From the NCBI RefSeq assembly GCF_009914755.1, contig NC_060947.1: a stretch of 64,000 bases of DNA. The stretch is one strand, 5' to 3'. The stretch's first letter is position 1. The number at the start of each line of letters is the position of its first letter. This stretch comes from the human T2T-CHM13v2.0 reference genome, Homo sapiens. The position numbers and the translations under genes are program-made. Positions 1 through 13,317 of this stretch are shown here, piece after piece. The notes beneath the pieces were generated by a model that was not told where the DNA came from, did no database searches, and saw only the letters and a list, made by a program, of their open reading frames with translations.

Positions 1-65
1 GCTGCTGAAAAACCATTTCACAAAATTCAACATCCCGTCATGATTTAAAAAAACACCCCTCAAAA

Positions 66-157
66 GGTGGAGGTTGCAGTGAGCCAAGATCGCACCACTG
101 CACTCCAGCCTGGCGACAGAGCAAGACTCCATCTCAAAAAACAAACAAACAAACAAA
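66..157 (+). mobile_element. 5'-truncated Alu (right-arm 3' end with (CAAA)n tail) inserted in the L1
   Basis: ggaggttgcagtgagccaagatcgcaccactgcactccagcctggcgacagagcaagactccatctc followed by an A/CAAA tail. Confidence 0.9.
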
Positions 158-1899
158 CTGAAAAATCTGGGTATTGAAGAAACACGCCTCAACACAATAA
201 AAGCCACGTACGACAGACTCACAGCTGGTATCATACTAAATGGAGAAAAACTGAAAGCTTTTCCTCTAAGATCTGCAGTATGACAAGGATGCCCACTTTC
301 ACCAGTGTTATTTGGCATATCACTAGAAGTCCTAGCTAGAGCAATCAGACAAGAAGAAATAAAGGGCATCTAAGTTGTAAAAGAAGAAGTCAAATTATCC
401 TTGTTTGCAGATGATACAAACTTATATTTGGAAAAATCGAAAGACTCCACCAAAAAACTATTAGAATTGATAAATTCAGTAAAGTTGCAGGATACTAAAT
501 CAACATACAAAACTTAGTAGCATTTTTATATGACAACAGTAAATAATCTGAAAAAGAAATCAAGAATGTAATCCTTGATTACAAGAGCTACAAATAAAAT
601 AAAATAACTAGAAATTCATTTAACCAAAGAAGTGAGATTTCTACAATGAAAACTATAAAACACTGATGTAAGGAATTGAAGAGGACACCAAAAAAATAGG
701 AAGATATTCTATGTTTATGGATTGGAGGAATCAATATTGTTAAATGTCCATACTATTCAAAGCTATCTATAGATTAAATGCAATCTCAATCAACATACCA
801 ATAATATTCTTCACATAAATATAGAAAACAATCCTAAAATTTATATAGAATCACAAAAGACCCAGAATAGCCAAAGCTATCCTACTAATAAAGAACAAAA
901 CTGGATTAATCACATTACCCAATTTCAAATTATACTATAGAGCTACAGTAACCTAAATAGCATGGCACTGGCATAAAAACAGACACATAGATGAATGTAA
1001 CAGAAAACAAAACCTAGAACTAAATCTATACATCTACAGTCAACTTATTTTTGACAAAGGTGGCAAGAAGATACGTTGGAGAAAACAGTCTTTTCAATAA
1101 ATGTCTGCTGGGAAAACTGGATATCCATATGCAGAAAAATGAAACTAGACCTCTATTTCTTGCCATATATAAAAATCAAATCAAAATGAATTAAAAACTT
1201 AAATCTAAGACCTCAAACTATGAAAAGACTAAAAACATTGGGGGAAACTCTCCAGCACATCAATCTGGGCAAAGATTTCTTGAGTAATCTTTGCAAGCAC
1301 AGGCATGGGCAACCTAAGAAAAAATGGATAAATGGGATCGCATCAAGTAAAAAATGTTCTTCACAGCAAAGGAAAAAAATCAACAAAGTAAAGAGACAAC
1401 CCACAGAATATATTTGTACACTATTCATCTCATAAGGGATTAATAACCAGAATATATATGGAGCTCAAACAATTCTATAGGAAAAAGTGTAATAATCCAA
1501 TTCAAAATGAGTAAAAGATCTGAAGTTTGAATAGATATTTCTCAAAAGAAGACATATAAGTTGCTAACAGTATATGAAAAGGTGCCCAACATCACTGATA
1601 TCAGAGAAATACAAATCAAAACTACAGTGAGATATCATCTCATGCCAGTTAAAATGACATTTATCCAAATGCTGGTGAGGATGTGGAGAAAATGGAACAC
1701 TGTTGGTGGGAATGTAAATTAGTACAACCACTATGGGAAAGTTTGGAGGTTCTGCAAAAAACTAAAAATAGAGCTATCATATGATCCAGCAATCTCATTG
1801 GTTGGTATATACCCAAAAGGAAGAAATCATTATATTGAAGGAGATATCTGCACTCCCATGTTTAGTGTAGCACTATTCACAATAGATAAGATTTGGAAG

Positions 1900-2317
1900 C
1901 AACCTAAATGTCCATCAATGATAGATTGGATTAAGAAAATGTGGTACATACACACTATGGAATACTATGCAGCCATAAAAAGGGTGAGTTCATGTCCTTT
2001 GCAGGGACATGGATGAGGCTGGAAACCATCATTCTCAGCAAACTAACACAAGAACAGAAAACCAAACACCACATGTTCTCACTCATAAGTGGGAGTTGAA
2101 CGATGAGAACACATAGACACAGGGAGGGGAACATCACACACTGGGGCCCGTCAGGGGGTGGGGGGCTAGGGGAGGGATAGCATTAGGAGAAATTCCTAAT
2201 GTAGATGACGGGTTGATGGGTGCAGCAAACCACCATGGCACGTGCATACCTATGTAACAAACCTGCACGTTCTGCACATATACCCCAGAACTTAAAGTAT
2301 AATAAAAAAAAAAAGAA
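1900..2317 (+). mobile_element. Younger L1PA 3' end nested in the older L1
   Basis: L1PA-type 3' UTR (G-rich tract ~2150-2180; 'tgtaacaaacctgcacgttctgcacatataccccagaacttaaagtataataaaaaaa'), after which the older L1 resumes. 5' junction approximate. Confidence 0.85.
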
Positions 2318-2867
2318 AAGAAAATGTGGCACCTACACACAGTGGAGTACTATGCAGCCCTAAAAACTAATGAGACCCTGTCATTTGCTACAACATGGAT
2401 GGAACTGGAGGACATTATGTTTAGTGAAATAAGCCAGGTACAGAAAGACAAACTTTGCATGTTCTCACTTATTTGTGGGAGGTAAAAATACAAACAATTG
2501 AACTCATGGAGACAGAGAGTAGCAGGATGGTTACCAGAGGCTGGGAAGGGTAGTTGGGGGTGGAAGGGGGAAGTGAGCATGATTAATGGATACAAGAAAT
2601 AGAAAGAATAAGATGTAGTATTTGATAGCACAACAGTGACTATAGTAAAACATGATTTAATTGTACATTTTAAAATAACTAAGTATAATTGGATTATTTA
2701 TAACACAAACGGTAAATGCTTGAGGTGGTGAATATTCCATTTACACTGATGTGATTATTACATGTTGCATGCCTGTATCAAAATATCTCATGTAATCCAT
2801 AAATACATACACCTACTATGGGTACTATGTGTCCATAAAAAATAAAATAAATGAAAAATTGTCAATT

Positions 2868-2996
2868 TGAAACAACTGTGCATCTCAAACTTCATTTAAG
2901 AAGTCTCTAGGGAAACCCAAGATGACAGGGGCAGACCAAAAAAAAAGGAAACCAGAAGAAAGTTCAACCTCCAATGCCTCTAGCTTCACAAAACAG
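2868..2996 (+). repeat. Inverted repeat A, left arm (~129 bp)
   Basis: Reverse complement of 4447-4574 with a few mismatches; ORFs 2922(+) and 4520(-) both begin MTGADQK. Confidence 0.95.
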
Positions 2997-4059
2997 CTCT
3001 GCCATATGCTGAGTCTGTTTCTGATACTCATTCTTTCCAACCTATGTTATTTTTCTTTTACTATGCCTTGTAATTTTGTTGTTGTTGAAAACCAGACATC
3101 TGGAGGTCTCTCCATTCAAGATGCAGACTTCATCCAGTCCCCTGGGTCTGGTCTGGTACACCATGCCCCACTCTGTGCCTTGTGACTCTATATCCAGAGG
3201 CTCTCTTTTCAGTTTTTCTGAAGGATGCCGTCCTGCTTCTTGCTAATAGGACTGAAAATTGGGGGACTCTGTCCCTTACATAGACTCACATAACTCCCTT
3301 GTTTTCAGCCTGCACTTCTTGCTCACCTTCTGCAGTAGCTGGTGCCTTGGGTTCCTGAGCCTTTCTTCAGACACTTGGTTTGACCTTTCCTGCCACTGTC
3401 CTCTGCTTGTACAACAGAGTTCTGAGTTACAAATGTCTTCTGGTGTTGTCCAAAATTGAGTTGTGATTCTGGTTCTCATTGTCTTGTGGTTTGGGGGTGA
3501 ATTCAGTAGAAGAAGGCAGAAACGTCTTGCCTTCATAAATCTGGAAGTTTTCTTGAAGTGCCTAGCTGCCTGGAAGATAGTCTCCATGGAGTGATTTTGC
3601 AATGAGACTGAATTATATAAAAATACCTTCATAATTTTAAAATTACAGTACCATTATTTTAAATGTATGACTATCTAAACCTATGAAGAGAATGATTTGG
3701 TTTTATAAACATTGACAAAATGTGGGCTTTCTTAAAAAAGTTTTTTGTTTTAGTATGTTATTATCAAAGCTAGGTGATTTTACCTTTGGATTGAGGAAGA
3801 TCACTTTTGAGACCCCATCCTAAGAAAAATAATTCAAGACGAGCACTAAATGAAATTGATCACTACAATGTTAAATATAATTGTGAAAAATGGGATGATC
3901 TAAATGTCTAATGAGAAGAAAACTGATATGTGAATATACTAGAATGGTCTATTCAATATGGAAAATACATCATTGTACTAAGTGAAAGAAGCTTAATGCA
4001 AAGTTGACTTCATGCTCTGGTTATAAGTGTGTACTATACCCATTATTATCTTTGTTTTG

Positions 4060-4210
4060 CAAATTCTTCATCCGTAAAATGAGATAGTAAAATAACTATC
4101 TTACATAATCGTCATGGGAATTAAAGGAAGCAATGCTCCTAAAGTTTTCAGCTTGTGCCTTGCACACAGTAAATGTACAATCAATGCTAGCTACTACTGC
4201 TACTGCTGTT
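4060..4210 (+). mobile_element. MIR fragment
   Basis: MIR core 'ttcttcatccgtaaaatgagatagtaa...' and tail 'cacacagtaaatgtacaatcaatgctagctact'. Confidence 0.65.
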
Positions 4211-4446
4211 ACACAATGCAATGGTATATGTGTAAAGGTTGTGGGACTATGTGTGTTCCATTACCATTTTTTTAATATTACTTGTTCAATAAAAAAAAAT
4301 CAACACACACAAAACATTACCTCCATAAATAAACATTTCTATTATTTTTAAAAATATATATAATGTACTGGGTAAATGGAATTGAGGAAAATAGGCCTTT
4401 ACAGTGATAGTTTATTTTTATTTGACTAAGAGTTAGACTGTGTTTA

Positions 4447-4574
4447 CTGTTTTGTGGAGCTAGAGGCATCAGAGGTTGAACTTTCTTCTGGTTTCCATTT
4501 TTTTGGTCTGCCCCTGTCATCTTGGGTTTCCCCAGAGACTTTTTAAGTGAAGTTTGAGATGCACAGTTGTTTCA
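4447..4574 (-). repeat. Inverted repeat A, right arm
   Basis: ctgttttgtggagctagaggcatc...gagatgcacagttgtttca is the reverse complement of 2868-2996. Confidence 0.95.
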
Positions 4575-5339
4575 GTGCCACGTAGTGGTAAGGCGTGGAG
4601 GAGAGGAAGTGTTCTACACACCTATGAGTAGGCCTCAGTCTTTTTGCTAGCCTGTGCCCCTTGCTGTGACCTGCACAAGTGCTTTTCATTTCCTCCTTGC
4701 AATCCTTCCAGGGTTTTTGGATGAAATTTCTTATCAGAGAGTAGGAATCACTGCCTGGAGTGTTTATGTGCCTGCCCAGCTGTGGTTGATGCTGCCGCCA
4801 CAGGTTACAGATTCAGGACAGAGGCTGGCCTGGAGGCAGAGCAAGCAAGATAAAAAGGTTCTGTCCCTCATTATCTGTATGCTGTAAAGGCCTCTCTTCC
4901 TAGCTCTTGGTCAGTAAAGAAAAATCTTTCTCATAGATCTCTTTCTGTCCACACCTCTTGTGCAGTTCTCATATTTGGGCTGACTGTGACTCCAGGCTTA
5001 GAGATACAACAGGAAAACATGGTACAGGAATTTTCACTGCCATATTGATCTTACTTCAAGTCTGGTTTCTTTCCCCAATGCTCTTGTTACTATTTACTTT
5101 TTAGAAACCTAACCATTTTGTTTTAGAACAGAGTTGGATTTACAGAAAAGCTGCATAGATAGGACTCGGAGTTTCCTTCACAAAATGGGTGGAACAATAG
5201 AATCTATGGATGTTTGCAAAGCATTGAGAACAGTCCTTGAGACCTAAGAAGCACTTAAGCAAGCTTGGCCATTATGATTCTTCTCAGCAGCGTCCTAATC
5301 TGAAATTCCCTGGAGTGGGAGACGGAAGGGATGGACAGG

Positions 5340-5960
5340 TGTGTCAGGGTCCCCAAAATGAAATGGGGGAACCCAGACCACTGAATCAGGTCTAGTAGCT
5401 CACTAGGAGAACTCATGGGACTCATGATATAGTCCTACCCACGACGACAACTTACTACAGTGAAAGGATACCAAGCACAATCAGCAAAGGGAAAGGGTGC
5501 ACAGGGAGAAGTGCAGGAGACCAGACACAAGTTTCCAGAGTCATCTCATCTCCCAGTAGGGTCACATAGAACGCACTTAATTCCCTCACAACAAGGTGTG
5601 ACCACACATGTAAAATGCTGCCAACCAGCGGAGCTCAGTAAAACCTCATCACCCATGAGTTGAACTTGGCACTGGTCACATAAGCAGTTCTGCCTGGCAT
5701 GAACCAAAATTCCAGACTCCCAGGAGGAAAGCAGTGTGCAGCTTTTTGTTTGCATAAGCAGCTTGGGTATAGTGAACCACCCTGATCAGTTCTGAGAAAG
5801 GTGGAATCCCTCCCAAATCCAAGTCCTGAGAATCCAGCCAATGGATAACACTGAAAGCAGCAGGCTTTGCCAAAGATAGCAGTGAGGCCTGCTGTGTGAA
5901 CTCTTTTCTTCACAGTGCACCCCACTGGCCAAGGCATATTACAGGAAAATTATCATAGGA
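5340..5960 (-). mobile_element. LTR fragment, MER21-like
   Basis: Shares the 'tgggagtctggaattttgg(t/g)catgc' block (reverse complement) with the LTR at 37.5-38.0 kb; MER21-type sequence by recall. Confidence 0.6.
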
Positions 5961-8325
5961 CCTGACACAACAGGGTGGAAACCAAGCTGCATATAGATGT
6001 CACTTGTGCCTGTTAGGGGTCCTGTACTGAACCAGTTAACACAAACCCCATTAACCAAAGAGATGTATCTTAGACAGTCACGTGGCTTCCCTCTTAAATT
6101 TCAGTACTTTTTCTTTATACTTGGCCAATTCAATCAATTGGGGCATCAATTCAGGTAAAACACAGCTCTGGACAGGAAGTTCGAGCTGACCTGGAAGCCA
6201 TCCAGGGCTGAGGCAGTGTCATGACAGGCAGGGCACATAAGCTGTACAATACCCGAGCATACACATGGTCTCCCTGCAAACTCAGAGTGTACCATAGTTT
6301 GGGCAACACAAGAGGGTGTACCTAAGTCAGGCAGCACAGGTTAACAGTACCACACTGTGGCCTGTTTTCCAGTACAGGCTATATAGTCCAGTTCCATCCT
6401 TGGTTTCCCTTGCAGACAGTTTGGCTTGTGCATGACAGATCCAGAGGACACCTGGAGGCGCTCTAAGGGAAACATGGAGAAGCTCGGGCCACCTCCTCTG
6501 TCCCTTAGTCGGTGGGGTCAGGTGTGGTCTCAGGCATGGCCATCATTTTGGATACACAAAACTTGCAGAAGCTTTCAAAGGCAGCATGGGGTGTTTTCCT
6601 TCAGCAAGAGGTGAAAGCTTTCAGGAATAGTTCTGAAACACCAAGATCACAATGCCTTCTCCCACACCTCTACAGATGTCTCATTCTCTTTTTCCTCCAT
6701 CCTTATAAAATCAGCATGGCCCACTCAACAATAAAAGCTTTACATTGCTTCAGTCATCTCTTACCCTCCCCCTGGCCTTCTTGCCTGGCAGGGCTATATG
6801 AAAGAGAGATGACACTGTTTTTACAGAAAAACACTGTCATACAGCATCATGAGAACAGAAAGGCCCCTCATGTTTAGGAAGCAGTCAGGAAGAAATCCCG
6901 CATTTCCAAAAGATTCCAAAATGGGTTTACTCCTTTTCATCCTGCTCATTTATGCAGTGAGCAGTGTAGAACAACAATTTAAAAAATAATAATCCCTCCC
7001 TGGGCACAGCTGCATTTGATAATCCTACTGCCTGACTTGTAGGCCAGAAGCAAGGAAAGAAAGTAGCCAGGCTGTCTGTCCACTTTCCCAAACTGAAACT
7101 AATGTGGATCGCTGGACACAAGTCACCAGCAGTGGACATCACAGAGAGAAGGTCTAAGACTGATCTGTCACAATTGGGCAGAGGGATCACAATTCCTGTT
7201 GGGTGCCCTCCCTCAATGTGCAGCTTTTGACAGCATTACCAGTAAAAAATGCAACCTGTCTACATCAAAAATACAGTGTTCATGAACAGCTCCACTCTCG
7301 CTGGCCCCACCAGAGAACAATCCCCTCATCATGGGCATCTGCAAGAGATGCAGACAGTCCAGGACAGCATCTAGGTTGTGACAGTTTCTAACTCCAGAGA
7401 GGGGTGTTCAAAACCTACCAGGATCACAGGGTCAAAGACCCCTCCAGTGCATCGAGCTATGCCTGCTTTCTGTTCAGCACAGCTTGACATGAGTCTGAAA
7501 CAGCCCAGAGTGGACATTTTTGGGTTTTAGCTTAGAGTCGAGACAAGCCTATTGTAATTTGTGACTTCTGGGTTCCAAAACAGTCAGAGAGTTTTCTACT
7601 GCAGCAGGAAAGCTGAGATGCTTCAAGACCAGACAACAGCAGCATTCCATGTCCCAGTGAGAAGCCTGCCTGGTGTGCTTTTCTAAGGCCTTCTGGCCTT
7701 ATCAGTTTAACAGTCCAAACAGACCCCCTAAAATCACACACCTCAGCTCAGATAATCATCAACCTCTAAGTGCGAGACTCCAAGTTCAGCAGAGTTCATT
7801 GCACACTGTGCAGGATTAGGGGGTTGATCAAGAAAAATGCTATGACCAACCAGGGGCAGTACCACACAAACAACTTTATTGGGTGGTGCTTGGATAGGGT
7901 AGCAGAAGCGGGGACATCCTCAGAGTAAAAGACTGTCTAGAGTTTATGGGTGTGGGATCACCATCAAATGGGGAGGAAGGCAAGAGAACTGCTGGGGGAG
8001 ATGGAAATTGGAGAAGGAGCTTATGAGTCTAAGTGATGTTTCTCAGCAGCTAGACAGTGTCTTGGGGGTCTTCTAACCACAAGGCTCCATCTTATCTATG
8101 GTTAGCACATGTGGGGTGAGGTTTACCAGGGTATGAAAGCCAGGAAGGCCTCCAATGCCTAACAATCTTCCTGGTTGAGCTATGTTGAAAACAATTTAGA
8201 AGTATGAAAATCTGGGTTTTATGCTGGTGGACTTCTGAGCCAATAGGTCTCAGTGTGGAGGAGAAAAACAATAGAGAAATGTCAGTGGTGTTGCAGGAGA
8301 GCTGAAATGCTGCAATGAAACCAGC

Positions 8326-8398
8326 AAAAACCAGCAAGGTAAAAAGAAAAAGAAAAAGAAAAAGAAAAAAGAAAAAAGAAAAAGAAAAACCAGCAAGG
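8326..8398 (+). repeat. (GAAAAA)n tract flanked by a 14-bp direct repeat
   Basis: aaaaaccagcaagg at 8326-8339 and 8385-8398 flank a purely A/G tract. Confidence 0.85.
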
Positions 8399-8787
8399 CT
8401 TTCCTCCAACCTAGGGGCTATACACACAAGTCACCTTTGGTGCTTTTATAGAACACAAGCTGAAAATTTCCTTTAAAATCCCTGAAGATGTATCTCTACC
8501 TGGAGACTGCCTCTCTTTTCCATATGGACTTCCTTTTTCCAGGGAACCCAAGAGGCAAGAATTATCACCTACAGAGGCTCTATGTGCTATACTTGAGTTT
8601 AACACACACACACAGACATGCACAGTGTGTGTGTTCAAGCATTAGATATTAATTCAGAATAATTTTAACACAATTGCTCACAAACATTGTTACAAAAGGC
8701 TTTTAAGATACTGTAGAAAAGAAAACCAGCATATTTTACTCTGAGCAGGGCAACAGGATAAATTAATTAATTTTTAAAAACGTGCAC

Positions 8788-9190
<403 letters not shown>

Positions 9191-9451
9191 TCATTAACTC
9201 AGGGGCCTGTGTGAAACAAACTTCAGGGGATGCCACTGCTGTGGACTAGCCTCCTTCCCTAAGCCCCGGCTGACCAGACCCAACCAGAATGGGGTCACTT
9301 GTGCCGAATGCCACATAATTATACTGAACTTTCAAAGGGGCCAATTAAAAAAAAATACAAAAATACTCAGAAGGTTCAGTCAACCTGAGTCAGTGTTATA
9401 AGCGTGTCCCCTCATCTTTTAACTCTAGAAGGAAAGTAACTTTGAAATGAC

Positions 9452-12369
9452 TGTGTTGGTCACTTTTGCACTGTTATAAAAGAATACCTGAGGCTGGGTA
9501 ATTTGTCAAGAAAAGAGGTTCATTTTGACTCGCATTTCTGCAGGCTGTACAGGAAGCATGGCGTCATCATAGCCTTCTTGTGAGGGCTCAGGAAGCTTCC
9601 ATTCATGGCAGAAGGCAAAAGAGGAGCTGGCATATCACATGGCGAGTGAGAGAGCAAGCAAGAAAAGGAGAAGCTGCCAGGCTCTTTTAAATAACCAGAT
9701 CTCATGTGAACTCACAGACAGAGAGAACTCACTCATTATTGTGAGGACAGCAGCAAGTTATTTATAAAGGACCCACCCCCATGACCCAAACACCTCTCCC
9801 ACTAGGCCCACCTCCAACATTGGAGTTCACATTTCAACATGATATTTGAAGGGCACAAAATACCCAAGCTGTTTCATTCTGCCCATGACCCCCCAACAAA
9901 TCTCACATCCTTTTTGCACTGCAGAATACAAGCATCCCTTCCCAATAGTTCCCCAAAAGTCTCAACTCATTTCAGCATCAACTCAAAATTCCAAAATCTG
10001 AGACTCAAGGCACGTTTCTTCCAACTATGAGCCTGTAAGATAAAAAAACAAGTTATTTACTTCCAAGATACAATGGTGATCCAGGCATTGGGTAAATATT
10101 CCAATTCCAAAAGAGATAAATCAGCCAAAAGAAAGGGGCAACAGGCACCACACAAGTCTGACACCCAGCAGGGCTGTCATTAAATCTTAGAGCTCCAAAA
10201 TAATCTCCTTTGTCTCCATATTCTGCATCCAGGGCACAGTGATGGAAGGGGTGGGATGCCAAGGCCTTGTGCATACCCATCCCTGTGGCTCTGCAGGTGC
10301 AGCTCCCATGGCTACTCTCACTGGTTGGAGTTGAGTGCCGGTTGCTTTTCCAGGTTCAGAGTACAAGCCGCTGGTGGCTCTACCATTCTCAGCCACCTTC
10401 CCACAATCCCACTCAGCAGTACCATGATGACTCTGTGCAGGGGCTCCAACCCCACATTTTCCATGAGCACTGTTCTAGTAGAGTCTCTCTGTAGGAGCTC
10501 GACCCTTGTGGCAGGCTTTTCCCTGGGCACTCAGGCTTTTCAACACATACACCCTCTGAAACCTAGGTGGAAGCTGTCAAGCCTTTTTCACTCTTGCATT
10601 CTGTTCTCCTGCAGACATAACACCATGGGGAAGCCACCAAGTCTTATAGCTTGTGTCCTCCAAGGCAGTGGCCTGAACTGTATCTGGGGCACTTTGAGCC
10701 ATGGGTGGAGCTGGATCAGCCAGATGCAGGTAGCAGTGTCCAAAGGCTACAGAGAGCAGCAGGGCCCCAGGCTTGGCCCCCAAAACCATTCTTACCCACT
10801 AGGCTTCTGGGCCTGGGATGGGAGGGGCCTAGATTTCTGAAATGCCTTCAAGGGCTTTTTCCCATTGTTTTAGATAGTAGCACTTGGCTCCCTTTTAGTC
10901 GTGCAAAGCTCTCCAGCAAGTGGTTCCTCAGCATCCTGCTTGGTTTCTTCTCCGAAAATGCTCTTTCTTTCCCTACAACATGGTCAGGCTGCAAATTTTC
11001 CAAACTTTTATGCTCTGCTTCTCTTTTAATTATAAATTCCAACTTTAAGTCTTTCCTTTTCTCCTACATCTGAGACAGGTTGTTAGAAGCAGCCAAGGAA
11101 CATCTTGAATACTTTGCTGCTTAGAAATCCCTTTGGCCAGATACACTAATTTATCACCCTTAAGTTCAAACTTCCACAGATCTCTAGAGCATGGACCCAG
11201 TGCAGCCAAGTTCTTTGCTAAGATATAACAAGGGTGACCTTTGCCAGTAAATTCCTCATTTCCATCTGAGACCTCATCAGCCTGGCCTTCATTGTCCATA
11301 TTTCTGTCAGCAATTTGGTCAAAACCACTTAACAAATCTCCAATAAGTTTGAAACATTCCTGCATCTTCCTGTCTTCTTCTGATATCTTCTGATATCTCT
11401 GCCCATTACCCAGATCCAAAGCTGCTTTCACATCTTCAGATATCTGTATAGCATCACCCAACTCCTGTACCAATTTTATATGTTAGTCAGTTTTGCATTG
11501 CTATAAAGGAATACCTGAGGCTAGGTAATTTATAAAGAAAAATGTTTATTTTGGCTCATGCTTCTGCAGGGCGTACAGGAGGCATGGCACTGGCATCTGC
11601 TTCTGGTAAGGGCTCAGGAAGCTTGCAGTCATGGCAGAAGGCAAAAGGGTAATCAGCATATCACATGGCGAGAGAGAACAAAGAGCTGCCAGGCTTTTTA
11701 AAGCAACCAGATCTCATGTGAACTTAGAGAGTGAGAATGTAAGGTTAGCCGAGAGAAAGGACCAGAGAGAGAGAGCCCCAAGTTCAGGCAAGCCTTTATT
11801 AACCTGTCGGCTGCCCCCTTAACAGTCAAGGAAAGCAGCCCCAAGCTTACAGAATAGGGGGTTTACATTGGGGCAGGGAGTTTGAGGGAGTCCTTTGGTA
11901 TGGCTGCATCCCGGGGTTGTCTGCTGGTTAATTCTGCCACATATCACCTTGTGATGTTTACGGTACTGGAGGGTGTAGGTAAAGTTTGTTTATGCTTCCC
12001 ACAACCTCCCCGTTTGGTCCGGATGGTTTGTAATTGGGGTTTGCTTTATCGCAGCAAGGCCTGATAGGTAAAGTCTTCTATCAGGCTGGCTTCACTGCGG
12101 TGCCTAGATAAGGGCTTGGAAATGTAAGAAGGTTTGGGGGAAGGGTGGGCAGCGCGGAGAGGTTTGCGGGGAGTGTTGGCAGTACCAAGAAGCTCTTTGG
12201 GGTGGTTTGTACCTAACAGAGAACTCACTCATTACCACAAGGACAGCACCAAACCATTTATGAGAGATCCACCTCTATGACCCAAACACCTCCCACTAAA
12301 CCCACCTCCAACGCTGAAGGTCACATTTCAACATGAGATTTAGAGGGACAAAACAGCCAAACCACATCA
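9452..12369 (-). mobile_element. Full-length MaLR (MST) element: LTR 9452-9876, internal 9877-11478, LTR 11479-12369 (interrupted)
   Basis: Two direct-repeat LTRs ('aatacctgaggct(g/a)ggtaattt...'); 5-bp TSD ATGAC at 9447-9451 and 12370-12374; minus-strand ORF 11045-11473 resembles the MaLR internal ORF (SEEDRKM...DQIADRNMDNEGQADEVSDGNEE). Confidence 0.92.
11738..12218 (-). mobile_element. Solo LTR (ERVL-class likely) inserted into the right-hand MST LTR
   Basis: TG...CA ends, 5-bp TSD GAGAA (11733-11737 / 12219-12223), minus-strand AATAAA at ~11795. Confidence 0.85.
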
Positions 12370-12670
12370 ATGACTAATCTGCTCTGTTTTCTCTTTTTGC
12401 TTTCTTCAGCCATTTTCTGCTTACAAAGACAACTTCTTCTGCTCAGATCATTGGAACACTCATTGTACTTGAGTAAGGTTGTAAGTCTGAGAGTCTGACC
12501 ATGTGGGCCTATTCTGGCCCTGTTGCTTCTTCACTGCAGAAACTGCACCATGGCTCAACCCCTCCATGGCCTAGCTTGGCTCATTGGAGAAATGGGCTCA
12601 TTCCTAATATCCACCCAAGAGATGGGTGTGCACAGTAAATGACACAGACTAGCAGAGCACTTAGCACAGC

Positions 12671-13317
12671 AGATTGACTACGAGTTGTCCAGGTCTTTGG
12701 CGTTTTGAACAAAGAATTGAACAAAATGCATAAAGTAGCAGAGGAATGAAATGCAGGAACAAAGCAGTGAAAGCAGGAATTTATTAAAGTGAGAAAGCCC
12801 TCTGCAAGGTGAGAGTGGGTCTGAGCAAGTGGCTCAAGGGCCCAGTTACAAAGTTTTCTGGGCTTTAAGTACCCTATTTGAGGTTCTTAATGACTACCCC
12901 TTATCTGGATGAAGGATTTGGTCTGTGGCTAATTAAAGGCTGAGGTGAACTGGCACCCTATGCAGATGAAGGGATGGTCCCTGCTTGGCCCATGGTCAAC
13001 AAGGCACCCTCCCCTCCCTTTCCATCTGAGATGTGGTGGAAGAGGGATGGTTGTAGGGAGAGTAGCCTCTGATCCTTTGTTACTCAGCATGGAGAGATGG
13101 GGTTTTTGTCTTTTGGTTTAGCTTTAGGAAGTTTGTGTTAATCAGCCTTAGGTTTCCTGCCCCCAGACCCCGGTATTTTCCTTTTGATCCAGCTTTGGGA
13201 AGTCAGAGTGAATTGGCCTTAGATTTCCTGCCTCCAGACCCTGGTGTTTTCTCTTTTAGGAAGTTAGCACAGAGTGGCCTTAAGTTCCCTGTTTCTAGGC
13301 CCTATTTTCCTGTCTCA
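12671..13317 (-). mobile_element. ERV1 LTR (MER61/LTR25/MER51-group-like) inserted in a MIR
   Basis: Minus strand starts tgagacaggaaaatagggcc; three degenerate internal repeats at ~13120-13317; AATAAA on minus at ~12781; MIR sequence on both sides. Confidence 0.75.

Larger units (their letters stand above)
1..2855 (+). mobile_element. Old L1 (L1MA-like) 3' portion: decayed ORF2 RT/C-terminus plus 3' UTR and A-rich tail; runs off the window start
   Basis: L1 ORF2-like sequence (e.g. 'ttgtttgcagatgata', remnant of the LFADD motif, ~401-416); ORF 1798-2016 resembles the L1 ORF2 C-terminus; A-rich tail at ~2836-2858. Confidence 0.9.
9240..12470 (+). mobile_element. Old ERV1-class LTR (MER34/MER39-like) split in two (~9240-9451 and ~12370-12470) by the MST insertion
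   Basis: The flanks join seamlessly across the TSD ('gaaagtaactttgaaatgac|taatctgctct...ctgctcagatcattggaacactcatt'); family name by recall. Confidence 0.5.

Noticed and set aside
10256-11473. ORFs of 140-194 aa
   Set aside because: They lie in the MST internal region; decayed retroelement sequence, not host genes.
13120-13317. Short spaced repeats superficially like a CRISPR array (also 58340-58425)
   Set aside because: Internal repeats of ERV LTRs in a mammalian genome; no unique spacers or cas genes.
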